Assembly (NCBI GenBank): GCA_023484515.1
Contig: JAMDAY010000004.1
Span: 1 to 58,698, forward strand
Source: Patescibacteria group bacterium
GTDB taxonomy: Bacteria > Patescibacteriota > Doudnabacteria > UBA920
Direction of reading: 5' to 3'
Length of the DNA: 58,698 nucleotides
Every line of letters starts with the position of its first letter. Positions within the stretch are counted from its first letter, which is position 1. The notes beneath the pieces were generated by a model. The model was not told the origin of the DNA. It searched no databases and was given only the letters and a program-made list of their open reading frames with translations. This document shows positions 39,362 to 48,161 of the stretch, one piece after another. Made by a program: the position numbers and the translations under genes.

Positions 39362-40150
39362 ATGAATATGAATACCAATGACCAATATTTAAAAACTGCT
39401 TTGCAGGCGGCTAAACAGGCAGGCGAAATATTTAAAGCCAGTTTCGGCAGGCCGCGGCAGGTAAAAAACAAAAACAACAATCCGCGGGACCTGGTTACGG
39501 AAGCGGACTTGAAAATAGAAAAACTTATCCGAAGCATTGTTGGCAGGCGTTTTCCCGCCCATAAAATTATCGGCGAAGAATTTGGCGCGGCTGAAATTAA
39601 CAAAAGCGACCTGGTGTGGATTGTGGATCCCATAGACGGCACGACTAACTTTATCCAAGGCATCCCTTTTTGCTGCATCTCCATAGCCCTGTGGGACAGC
39701 AAGGGACCTTTGGCGGGAGTAGTTTACAACCCGATCACTAATACTTTATACCACGCAGCCAAAGGCAAGGGCGCTTATTGCAACAACAAACTAATCCATG
39801 TTTCAAAAACCAATTCCGTAAAAGACAGTTATAGCGCTGTCAGTTGGGGCCGAACCTGGCAGATGGGAAGAAAAATTATGCCGTTTTTTATCAGGAACAT
39901 GAGAAAAGTGAGAACTTTCGGCAGCGTCGCTTTGGAAACCTGCTATGTCGCCCAGGGAAGTTTTGACAGTTTTATTCAGGGCAGGCTGTCTATTTGGGAT
40001 GTTGCGGCAGCGGCTTTAATACTGGCCGAAGCCGGCGGCCGGGCAACGGACTGGCAAGGCAAGGCCGTGTCCCGGCAGGTGAAAAATTTGGTAGCCAGCA
40101 ACGGCAGGCTGCATAAAGAATTGCTAAAGCTGGTGAACAATCTCTATTGA
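39362..40150 (+). CDS. suhB: Inositol monophosphatase family protein
   Basis: DLVTEAD, GEE, VDPIDGTTNF, WDVAAA. Confidence 0.93.
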   Translation: MNMNTNDQYLKTALQAAKQAGEIFKASFGRPRQVKNKNNNPRDLVTEADLKIEKLIRSIVGRRFPAHKIIGEEFGAAEINKSDLVWIVDPIDGTTNFIQGIPFCCISIALWDSKGPLAGVVYNPITNTLYHAAKGKGAYCNNKLIHVSKTNSVKDSYSAVSWGRTWQMGRKIMPFFIRNMRKVRTFGSVALETCYVAQGSFDSFIQGRLSIWDVAAAALILAEAGGRATDWQGKAVSRQVKNLVASNGRLHKELLKLVNNLY

Positions 40151-40227
40151 AGCCCGTATATTATCTTGAATAATTTTTGTTATTAGTAAGCCGAAATTTG
40201 TTCAACTGATTTTGCGGAGATGGGTAA
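40144..40227 (+). mobile_element. 84-bp palindromic MITE, copy 1
   Basis: About 5 substitutions versus 45692-45775 over the first 78 nt; right end degenerate. Confidence 0.75.
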
Positions 40228-40232
40228 GGACA

Positions 40233-40601
40233 GTAGGGACAGGTCTAGACCTGTTGTCCTTGCAAGAAAAGGCGCAAAACCTCCTTAAGCTTGCAGTTGC
40301 CCAATTCATTGGGCTGCGCATTCGGCAACAGACCCATAAAGAATGTAGGGGCAAGCTTTAGCTGCCCGCAGTTCGGGCGCCCAAAGGGCAGCCCCTACAA
40401 AGGATAATTTATCTTGCCACAGTGCCGCCTGGTACCTGGCTTGCAATGGGCATGCAAAATGCGGTGTCATTGCGAGCGAGTGCATCCGAGGCTGACGAAG
40501 CAAACTATCCCGCGTGTCATCGCGAGTGCATCCGAAGCGATCTGTTCCAGGCAAAGGAAAAGATTGCTTCGGCAAGACAAAGCCCTTGCCTCGCAATGAC
40601 A
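40233..40601. repeat. Island of GTAG- and GTC-type REP-like palindromes
   Basis: gtagggacaggtctagacctgt (40233-40254); doublet 40344-40399; gtcattgcgag-type units 40465-40601. Confidence 0.85.
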
Positions 40602-40611
40602 CCGGGCATGG

Positions 40612-40767
40612 GAAAAAGGTTTTAGAAAACCCCTGATAAACCTTATACCTGCCCCTATGGGAACGCCTCAACCGCGGTTGAGGCGTTCAGGAGGCAGATG
40701 TTTTTACTCCCTATTTTACTTGTCAATGGCAAGGAAGGCACCTTTTAGGGGATAAACAGGCTTTAGA
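40612..40767 (-). repeat. Structured dispersed element, copy D (5'-truncated)
   Basis: Reverse complement aligns to copies A and C; perfect 28-bp palindrome 40661-40688. Confidence 0.8.
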
Positions 40768-41020
40768 GGTAGAGACGACACAGAGAAGCGCCGTGCCATC
40801 CTGAACTTTTGCTGATATCAAAAAATATAGGATCTTTTCTATGAGTGAAAAAATTGTACAATTGTACAATTTTTTCACCGGTTACAAACCCGCTGTATAT
40901 TCTAAATATTCTAAATTTATTTTTCACGACTTTAAAAAATGAATTGTCGGTACGTATTAAAATACATATTTATCAAGGCCAAAAAAAGTTGAAGCGGGCA
41001 TCAGGAACCTGACGCCCGCT

Positions 41021-41725
41021 TTATGCGTGGTCTGCCGATTCTCCTTCTCCGGGAAGGCCGGCCTGGCGGCGCCGTTCAATTTCGCCGGCCAGGCAGTCTT
41101 CCACTTCCACGCGCTTTTTCGCGTGGAAAGGATAGGGAAATTTGGTAAGAGCGGCAACGGTGTGGTCAAAAGCCCCCCACCAGCCTTCTTCCAGGACCAG
41201 GTGCGGAAACCTGTTGTTTGCCGCGCCGGCGCGGAAATGGGATTTGACCCGAATTGCCTTTTGCTCACCGTTGACGAGGATTGTGATGGTGGTTCCGCTG
41301 GAAGCTGACCGGACGTCTTGCCCCGGCGGAACCTCAACAAGAAAAATGCCATCAAACATAGGTCACGCCGCGACAGAACCGGCCGCGCAAACAACCAACT
41401 CCCGCTCCATCTCCAGATGAAGCTCGGAGCTGAAATTGACGCAACACTGTACCGTCACTACCGCTCGGCGCGAGAGCCAGTCCACCGGGCCCCATGCGCG
41501 ATCACCTTCCGCGTCTTCCAGAACGTATACCGGATGAAGATCGGCCCCGTTTTTACGCCTTGACTGCGTAATCTCCCCTACAATTGTGAAACCGAAGTTT
41601 TCTCCCCCGTTTCGAGCCAAGCCCTGGTCCCCAACATGGGGGATACTGCCTGATTGAAACAACATCACTACATCTTGAAGATCGCCCATCGGCTTATTCT
41701 CCAGGATTTTCTTCAGCATTATCAT
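41021..41725 (-). pseudogene. Hypothetical gene split by one in-frame TGA, or two small co-frame genes
   Basis: The ORF ending 41363 (TGA) is followed by CCT ATG in the same frame; AGGAGG RBS upstream of 41725. Confidence 0.45.
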
Positions 41726-41920
41726 TCTCCCTCCTACCACTTTTGAAAAACAATCAGCGGCAAGGCGCGGCGTTGGACCTTGAGTGGTGCCAGCGCCATG
41801 CCTTGCCGCTGAATTCATACTTCGTAATTTTTATTTCGGTCTCGCTGCAAGTGGCGGGGCTTAAGGACCGGACAAGCCGGGCTTAAGCTCCCATCATTTG
41901 CCGCGAGGCCGCGGTTATTA

Positions 41921-42763
41921 TTATCTGCTTTTCCAGTCTTGGACCGCATTTTCATAAATTTGGGGAGTGGAAACGTCATACCATAAACCGTCAAAAGTAT
42001 AGCCGCCCAGTTTGTTCTCCTCGGCCAGGCGCGGGAGCACCTCGCTCTCCAGCTTGGTCATATCGGAAGAAATATATTTAAAAAGGGACGGTTCGGCCAC
42101 GTAAATACCCGCATTGACCAGATGGGAGTGGGTCCTGGGGTTCTTAGGCTTTTCCTCAAACTCCACAATCTTGCTGCCCACTAGCCTGGCCACGCCCCAC
42201 ATGCTTACCCTTTCCACGGAAGTCAGGGCCATGGTACAGACCAAATTCTGCTGGGAGCGGTGGAATTCCAGCAAGTCGGAAAAATCTATGTCCGCCAGCA
42301 CGTCGCCGTAAATAAGCAAAAAAGTGCCGTTTGAAAATTCCCCCTGCGCCTGGCGCACGGTCTGGGCCGTGCCGCGCCTTACCCCCGACTGGTCAAGGTA
42401 GGAAATTTTCAGCCCCCAGCGGGATCCGTTACGGAAGTAATCCCTTACTTTTTGCCCGCCCGCGCCCACCGAAATGACTACGTCCACAATGCCGTATGTT
42501 TTCAGCTTTTCCAGCGTATGCTCCAAGAGCGGTTTGGCATTTATAGTTAAAAGGCCTTTGGGCATTTCCGTGGGCGTGTAGGAAAAATTAACGCCTTTGC
42601 CGCCGGCTAAAACCAGGGCCTTTACCGGTTTTTGCGCCAAGGCCTGGGACAAAATGTTTTCCACGGCATGGGAACGGTTGCGTATGGTATGACCGTCAAT
42701 AGCTTGGTCCAGTTGCTTCAGCAGCTCGCTTTTTAAAGTGATGGTGATTCTTTGTCTCGTCAT
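41921..42763 (-). CDS. Ribbon-helix-helix domain fused to a nucleotidyltransferase-fold domain
   Basis: N-terminal RQRITITLKSELLKQLD...NRSHAVE; LVLAGG, YGDVLAD, VNAGIY. Confidence 0.85.
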   Translation of the reverse strand: MTRQRITITLKSELLKQLDQAIDGHTIRNRSHAVENILSQALAQKPVKALVLAGGKGVNFSYTPTEMPKGLLTINAKPLLEHTLEKLKTYGIVDVVISVGAGGQKVRDYFRNGSRWGLKISYLDQSGVRRGTAQTVRQAQGEFSNGTFLLIYGDVLADIDFSDLLEFHRSQQNLVCTMALTSVERVSMWGVARLVGSKIVEFEEKPKNPRTHSHLVNAGIYVAEPSLFKYISSDMTKLESEVLPRLAEENKLGGYTFDGLWYDVSTPQIYENAVQDWKSR

Positions 42764-42877
42764 AGTTTTTATCCTAATTTAATGTTATAAAGTAATAGAC
42801 GTTCAGTCATATTATATCATACAATATCATACATTTAATTATTATCTCCTGCCAACCAAAACCGGATTTCTCACCTT

Positions 42878-42961
42878 CTATTGATCTCCGCAAAATCAGT
42901 TGAACAAATTTGGTCTTACTGATAACAAAAATTATTCAAGATAATATGCGGGCCTTAATAA
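42878..42961 (-). mobile_element. 84-bp palindromic MITE, copy 2
   Basis: Reverse complement differs from 45692-45775 at about 4 positions. Confidence 0.75.
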
Positions 42962-43016
42962 GACCAACCCGCAAGCCGAACCCTCTATGGGCGCGCGGCT
43001 TGCGGGTTAATTGCTG

Positions 43017-43325
43017 TCATGCCGCAAGGGAAAGAAGAAGCGGGGCTTCGGCGGCTACCTGCTGGAAAGGCCGCCGGAAGTTTTCCACGAAGATTTGGAT
43101 TTTCTCTTCGCTTATTCCCCCTTCCCACAGGAAGATGGGCCAAGATCCGTCTATATCTTCCAGGCTGGCGCCGTGGCACATGAGCAGGAGCTCAAGGGCG
43201 TGGTCAAAGTGCGTGTGGCACAAACCGTTAAACAGCTTCCGCCCGAAGTTCTGGAGAGATTCCCCCGGTTCCTTGAAAAAGCCGAATTCCGCGGCGCGAG
43301 AACAAATGTGTTCGCCTGCCTTCAT
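43017..43325 (-). CDS. Hypothetical protein
   Basis: GGAGGG RBS 6 nt upstream of ATG; preferred over the overlapping plus-strand ORF. Confidence 0.55.
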   Translation of the reverse strand: MKAGEHICSRAAEFGFFKEPGESLQNFGRKLFNGLCHTHFDHALELLLMCHGASLEDIDGSWPIFLWEGGISEEKIQIFVENFRRPFQQVAAEAPLLLSLAA

Positions 43326-43535
43326 TGCAACCCTCCGTTTACTAACTCATTAGACGTTTTCGCGGGAATGATACAGTAAAAAGGTATGATACGGTAATAT
43401 CTTTGCTGCGGCGGCGACTTTTCAGTATAAATGGGAATCTTTAAGCCCGCCGGAACACGACCTCTTACAAAAAATAAGTTTTTCCGTTCGGTTCCCGTCA
43501 AGGCTAACAGCTTATAAAACGCGAGGAGGAATACG

Positions 43536-44339
43536 ATGCGGAAAAAAGTGTCGGCCGTGGTTTTGGCCGGCGGATACGGCTACTTCGGAGTTGGCAAAAT
43601 TCGGATGAGCAAAGTGGTCGCTAAAATTGGCGGCAAGCCTATGGTGCGCCACGTCATGGAGACCCTCCGCTCCACGGAAATTTTTGCCAGGTACCATGTT
43701 GTTGCGAACAAGAATTACGCCAGGCAAATAGAAAACGCCCTGCAAGGACTGCCCGATACGTCCTACCAAATCCAGGAGTGCAGGATAGGCAGCGCCGGGG
43801 CGGTTGAACTGGCCCTTAAAGCGGCAAGGCCGGAAGAAGAAAACGTCCTGATAACTTATGCCGATATGCCCCTGTGGGAGCCGGCAACTTACGCCGCCGT
43901 GGCCGAACGCCACCTTCGGGAAAACCCCGACCTGACGCTGGTATCAATACCCCTTAAGCCGGGAACCAGGCCGGAACGCTACGGCCGGTTCCTTTACGGG
44001 CCGGATGGGGAACTGCTGGGAACGATTGACGACCCCGCCTGCGTGCCGGAAGGAAAATACACGCTGGCCAACGAAGTCAACCCTTCCCTTTACGCGGGGA
44101 AAACGGAATGGCTCAAGCGGGCCATCTCCGAAATCCCCCTTTACGACAAAAAGGACGGTTTCCCGCCTGAAAGGCTAATGCAGAGCGTAATCTACCTGGC
44201 TTACCGCGACAAGCGCAAAGTCGTAAAAATCCGGGTAGAAGACTGCGAACAGGCCTACGGCGTCAATACCAAGGAAGAGTTGCGCGAGGTAAAAAAAATT
44301 TTCGCCCTGCGGCGTTCTCCGGCGGTTTTGGCGGCTTAA
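43536..44339 (+). CDS. Divergent GlmU N-domain-like nucleotidyltransferase
   Basis: VLAGG, KPMVRHV, YADMPL, YGR, EVNPSLY, GVNTKEEL; AGGAGG RBS. Confidence 0.8.
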   Translation: MRKKVSAVVLAGGYGYFGVGKIRMSKVVAKIGGKPMVRHVMETLRSTEIFARYHVVANKNYARQIENALQGLPDTSYQIQECRIGSAGAVELALKAARPEEENVLITYADMPLWEPATYAAVAERHLRENPDLTLVSIPLKPGTRPERYGRFLYGPDGELLGTIDDPACVPEGKYTLANEVNPSLYAGKTEWLKRAISEIPLYDKKDGFPPERLMQSVIYLAYRDKRKVVKIRVEDCEQAYGVNTKEELREVKKIFALRRSPAVLAA

Positions 44340-44471
44340 CCGGCATTTTGCAAAAACAGGCAGCCGGACATACTTCCCCGAAGGAAGCGTCCGGCAGCCT
44401 GTCATTTTGTATACCGGTCGGCATAATAATTTCCGATCGCAATTGGCAGTATAATTGCTGCCTAAAGCTTA

Positions 44472-45218
44472 TTAAGCTTTTGCGATTGCTTGTTCAGCCT
44501 GCAGCAGTTCTTCCCGGGTGTTTATTCCAAGCACTTCGCAAGGGCCTATAGGCAAGGAATAAATTTTTTCGCCCTGCCCAATGGCAATTTCCACCGCATC
44601 TGTCAGGTAATACTCCCCTTGGGCATTGCGGCTTTTTATCTTATTGATATTATTCCAAAGCCATTCCGAATTAAACATATAAATACCGGGATTGACTTCT
44701 TTAATCTGTTTTTCTTCTTCCGCGGCGTCTTTATATTCGGTAATTTTTAATATTTGGCTTTGCGGCCCGCGCAAGATCCGGCCAAAATGATTTAACGAAG
44801 AAAAGTTCCCGGTAAAATTTGGGACCGTGGCCGTAAACAAGGAAAGTTTGGATTTTTTTTCATGATGCAAGCGCATCAATTTTTTCAGGCTTTCCGCCTT
44901 TATGAACGGCATATCGCCGTAAAGCACCAAGATATCCTTTCCCGTAACTTTGCTTTTGGCGCATTTGACCGCGTGGGCCGTGCCCAACTGTTCCTTTTGC
45001 GTGGCATACAGGTATCCGTCGCCCAGCACGGCCTTGACCTGGTCTGCCATGAACCCCACCACGATGACCGGTTTGGCCAATTGGTGGATTTTGTCTACCT
45101 CTTCCAACAAATGCAGAATTAACGGCTTATTGTTCAGCATTACCAAAACCTTGGGCACGCTGCCGCTGCCCATCCTTTTCCCTTTTCCTCCGGCTAAAAT
45201 GACAATTTGATTGCGCAT
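44472..45218 (-). CDS. glmU: GlmU uridyltransferase domain only (no acetyltransferase domain)
   Basis: LAGGKGKRM..PKVL, EQLGTAHAV, LYGDMP, EVNPGIY, GEYYLTD, GINTREEL; ends after about 248 aa. Confidence 0.85.
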   Translation of the reverse strand: MRNQIVILAGGKGKRMGSGSVPKVLVMLNNKPLILHLLEEVDKIHQLAKPVIVVGFMADQVKAVLGDGYLYATQKEQLGTAHAVKCAKSKVTGKDILVLYGDMPFIKAESLKKLMRLHHEKKSKLSLFTATVPNFTGNFSSLNHFGRILRGPQSQILKITEYKDAAEEEKQIKEVNPGIYMFNSEWLWNNINKIKSRNAQGEYYLTDAVEIAIGQGEKIYSLPIGPCEVLGINTREELLQAEQAIAKA

Positions 45219-45285
45219 AAGTAGTAATCGCAAATATACAAATCTAAACAAATGCTTGCTATTATAAAAATTTATTTACTTGCAA

Positions 45286-45651
45286 TTACTGCTTTAAACT
45301 GCATTTTCGTGCGGGTAATTTGACATAGTTTATTCTAAATTCCACCCCATGCTTTTTAAAGCCTAATTTTTGATACCATTTGTGCAAGCCGGAATTTCCC
45401 GTGCGGCTGGTTGCGATAAGTTTGTAGCATTTTTTCTTTTTGGCCAGTTTAATGGCCTCTTTGACCAGCCTGGTGCCCAAGCCTTGGCTGCGGTATTCTT
45501 TTTCCACGAACAAGTCCTCCACCAGGCCGTAAGGTTTTTTATGGAGGTCGTTTTTTATCAAGTATAAAAATACCCTGCCAATCTCCTTTCCCTCCCCGTA
45601 TAAGCCTATCTTAACAAATTCAGACCTTCCCGCTTTTTCCTTAAATTTCAT
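45286..45651 (-). CDS. GNAT acetyltransferase (GNA1-like features)
   Basis: VEDLFVEKEYRSQGLG, KKCYKL, WYQKLGF. Confidence 0.88.
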   Translation of the reverse strand: MKFKEKAGRSEFVKIGLYGEGKEIGRVFLYLIKNDLHKKPYGLVEDLFVEKEYRSQGLGTRLVKEAIKLAKKKKCYKLIATSRTGNSGLHKWYQKLGFKKHGVEFRINYVKLPARKCSLKQ

Positions 45652-45691
45652 AAATTGATAAATGGATTAATTTTTCTTGCCGCCAAAAACG

Positions 45692-45775
45692 CTATTGAGG
45701 CCCGCATATTATCTTGAATAATTTTTGTTATCAGTAAGCCCAAATTTATTCAACTGATTTTGCGGAGATCAATAG
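45692..45775 (+). mobile_element. 84-bp palindromic MITE, copy 3 (intact ends)
   Basis: CTATTGA...TCAATAG termini; inner arms ccgca/tgcgg and ttgaataa/ttattcaa. Confidence 0.8.
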
Positions 45776-46764
45776 TTTACCATCTGCCAGATTAATTTTG
45801 CGGTTTTTTCCGGATTGTGCCGCAAGAAGCTTCTTTTAAGTTTGTCCCCGGGCAGCCGGGAAAAGGCGCAGTCTGCCAAAAGGTCGCCGGCCGCCACTTT
45901 TATTTTCTGCTCTGTAATTTCCGAAATATCTGGCCAGACGAACTCCGCCTGCTCGCGCTGGTAGCGACGCAACCATTCCTGGGAAGGCTTGCGGTCGTTT
46001 ATAACTACCGCATCCAGGCGGGACTTGCCCAAATACTTGGACAGCTCCCTGACGAAATCCGAAGCCTTAAAGCCGTCGGTCTGGCCGTATTTAGTCATTA
46101 AATTGATTATTAAAATCTTTTTTGCGGAAGACTTTTCCACGGCTTGACGCATGCCGCCTGCCAGCAAATTGGGAAGGATGCTGGTGTATAGGTCTCCCGG
46201 GCCGAATAAAATTACATCCGCTTCCTTAATGGCCGAAATGGCCTTGGGATTGGCTCGGGACGGCGACAATTCCAATTTTTCAATCGTCTTGGGTTTGGCG
46301 TTGGCTCTCTTGAGGGAAACCGGTTCGTCTATAAGGTGCTCGCCTACTATTTTTTTCCCGTTTTTTAAGATTGCCGTCAGAATGGTAGGCTTAAGGGTTA
46401 CCGGCAGCACTTGGCCGCGCACGTTTAAAATTTTTGAGGCAATTTCCACGGCCCGCTCGGCATTGCCGGTAATCTTTTCCAAAGCCGCCAGCAAAATATT
46501 GCCGGCCGTATGCCCGGCCAAAAATCCTTCATTGAACCGGAAGTTAAAAAGGTTTTTCAGTTCAGGCCGGGTGTAGGACAATCCTACCAGGCACTGGCGG
46601 ATGTCGCCAGGCGGAAACACGCCTAACTCTTTGCGCAATACGCCGGTGCTGCCCCCGTCGTCGGCGCTGGAAATAATTACGGTGTTGTTTGCCGGATACT
46701 GCCGCAAGCCGCTTAACAGGGTAAATGTGCCCGTGCCCCCGCCTATTATCACGATATTTTTCAT
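45769..46764 (-). CDS. yvcK: YvcK/GlmR (CofD-like) protein
   Basis: IGGGTG, ADDGGSTG, PPGDIR, GHTAGN, GPGDLYTSILPNL. Confidence 0.92.
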   Translation of the reverse strand: MKNIVIIGGGTGTFTLLSGLRQYPANNTVIISSADDGGSTGVLRKELGVFPPGDIRQCLVGLSYTRPELKNLFNFRFNEGFLAGHTAGNILLAALEKITGNAERAVEIASKILNVRGQVLPVTLKPTILTAILKNGKKIVGEHLIDEPVSLKRANAKPKTIEKLELSPSRANPKAISAIKEADVILFGPGDLYTSILPNLLAGGMRQAVEKSSAKKILIINLMTKYGQTDGFKASDFVRELSKYLGKSRLDAVVINDRKPSQEWLRRYQREQAEFVWPDISEITEQKIKVAAGDLLADCAFSRLPGDKLKRSFLRHNPEKTAKLIWQMVNY

Positions 46765-46842
46765 AATAGTTAGCGATTAGTGTTTAGGAAAAAGAAAAAA
46801 ATTGCCAAACAATTAATTCTTTGTAAATTTTATTATTTTTCC

Positions 46843-48144
46843 CTATTCTCTTTTCTCTGTAATACCCATTTCTTTTCCGACTTTTCCAAACGCCTCCGCA
46901 GCCTTGTCCATCTGTTCCTTTGTGTGAGCGGCGCTAATCTGCACGCGGATGCGGGCTTTGCCTTTGGGCACTACCGGATAGGTAAAGCCGCGCACGTATA
47001 TGCCGTGTGTAAATAATTTTGCTGCCATTTCCGTGGCCAATTTTTCCTCGCCCAGCATTACCGGCGTAATGGGATGCCTGCCGTCGCCGCCCAAAGCAAA
47101 TCCCAGTTTTTCCATTGCCGAACGGAAGTAGGAGGTATTTTCCGCCAACTGTTTCCGCAGGCTGATGAATTTTGAGTCAAAATTTTGCAAGACATGCAAA
47201 GCGGCGGAAGCTATCATGGGCGGCAGGGAGTTGGAAAACAGCGTAGTGCGGCTGCGCTGGTGCAGGACCTGGATTATCTCCTTGCGCCCGGCGGTAAATC
47301 CGCCGCCGGCCCCGCCCAGGGCTTTGCCGAAAGTTGACGTAAGAATATCCACACGGTCCATAAGCCCTTCCACCGCTCCCCGTCCATGCTCGCCTAACAC
47401 GCCTGACCCGTGGCTGTCGTCCACCATGACCATTGCCCCGTATTTTTCCGCCAGATCGCAAATTTGGGAAATTTTGGCCGTAATGCCGTCCATGCTAAAC
47501 ACGCCGTCCGTGGCGATTAAAAGACGAGATTCCCTTGTAGGGGAGGGTTTAGACCCTCTCTCGTTTACGGACGGGTCCAGACCCGTCCCTACGCGGTCAC
47601 GAAATTCCTTCAACTTCGCTTCCAAGTCCGCCATATCCGAGTTCTTATATCTGAACCGTTCCGCTTTGCACAACCTTACCCCATCTATGATAGATGCGTG
47701 ATTTAATTCATCACTGAAAATCGCGTCGCCTTCCTTCAATATCGTCTCAAACAATCCGGTATTGGCATCAAAGCAGGAAGTATATGTAATGGCATCTTCG
47801 GTGCCGAAAAATCTGCTAATTTCTTTCTCCAGGTCCTTATGTATCATAGACGTGCCAACAATAAACCGGACGGACGCTTCACCAAACCCATATTTTTTTA
47901 CGCCTTCAATCGCGGCTTGCGCCAGCTCATCCGACGATGCCAGTCCCAGGTAATTATTTGCGCAAAAATTCAGGAGCTTGGTTCCCTTATTTTTGTCACT
48001 TTTGTCATTTTCGTCGTTTTTGTCATTCTTGATCAATATCTCTGCTCCCTGCTTCCCCTCCAGCACCCCCACCTCTTTCCACATGCCGCTTTCGCGGATT
48101 TCCTTTAACTCGTCTTCAAATTGGCGTTTGTAAGCCTGGTACAT
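46843..48144 (-). CDS. kbl: Glycine C-acetyltransferase (2-amino-3-ketobutyrate CoA ligase) with repeat-derived insertions
   Basis: NFCANNYLGL, ASVRFIVG, DELNHASIIDG, DDSHG, STFGKALGG, ARIRVQISA. Confidence 0.93.
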   Translation of the reverse strand: MYQAYKRQFEDELKEIRESGMWKEVGVLEGKQGAEILIKNDKNDENDKSDKNKGTKLLNFCANNYLGLASSDELAQAAIEGVKKYGFGEASVRFIVGTSMIHKDLEKEISRFFGTEDAITYTSCFDANTGLFETILKEGDAIFSDELNHASIIDGVRLCKAERFRYKNSDMADLEAKLKEFRDRVGTGLDPSVNERGSKPSPTRESRLLIATDGVFSMDGITAKISQICDLAEKYGAMVMVDDSHGSGVLGEHGRGAVEGLMDRVDILTSTFGKALGGAGGGFTAGRKEIIQVLHQRSRTTLFSNSLPPMIASAALHVLQNFDSKFISLRKQLAENTSYFRSAMEKLGFALGGDGRHPITPVMLGEEKLATEMAAKLFTHGIYVRGFTYPVVPKGKARIRVQISAAHTKEQMDKAAEAFGKVGKEMGITEKRE

Positions 48145-48161
48145 AGGCAATAAATTTAATG

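Noticed and set aside
40306-40671. ORFs over the REP island
   Set aside because: Composed of repeat units, with no RBS or protein-family motif.
41363-41365. Genetic code 25 (TGA=Gly) or selenocysteine
   Set aside because: Well-defined genes end in TGA at the expected length (e.g. suhB, yvcK); no redox-motif context or SECIS evident.
43011-43379. Plus-strand 122-aa ORF
   Set aside because: No RBS; the overlapping minus-strand ORF has a good RBS and ATG.
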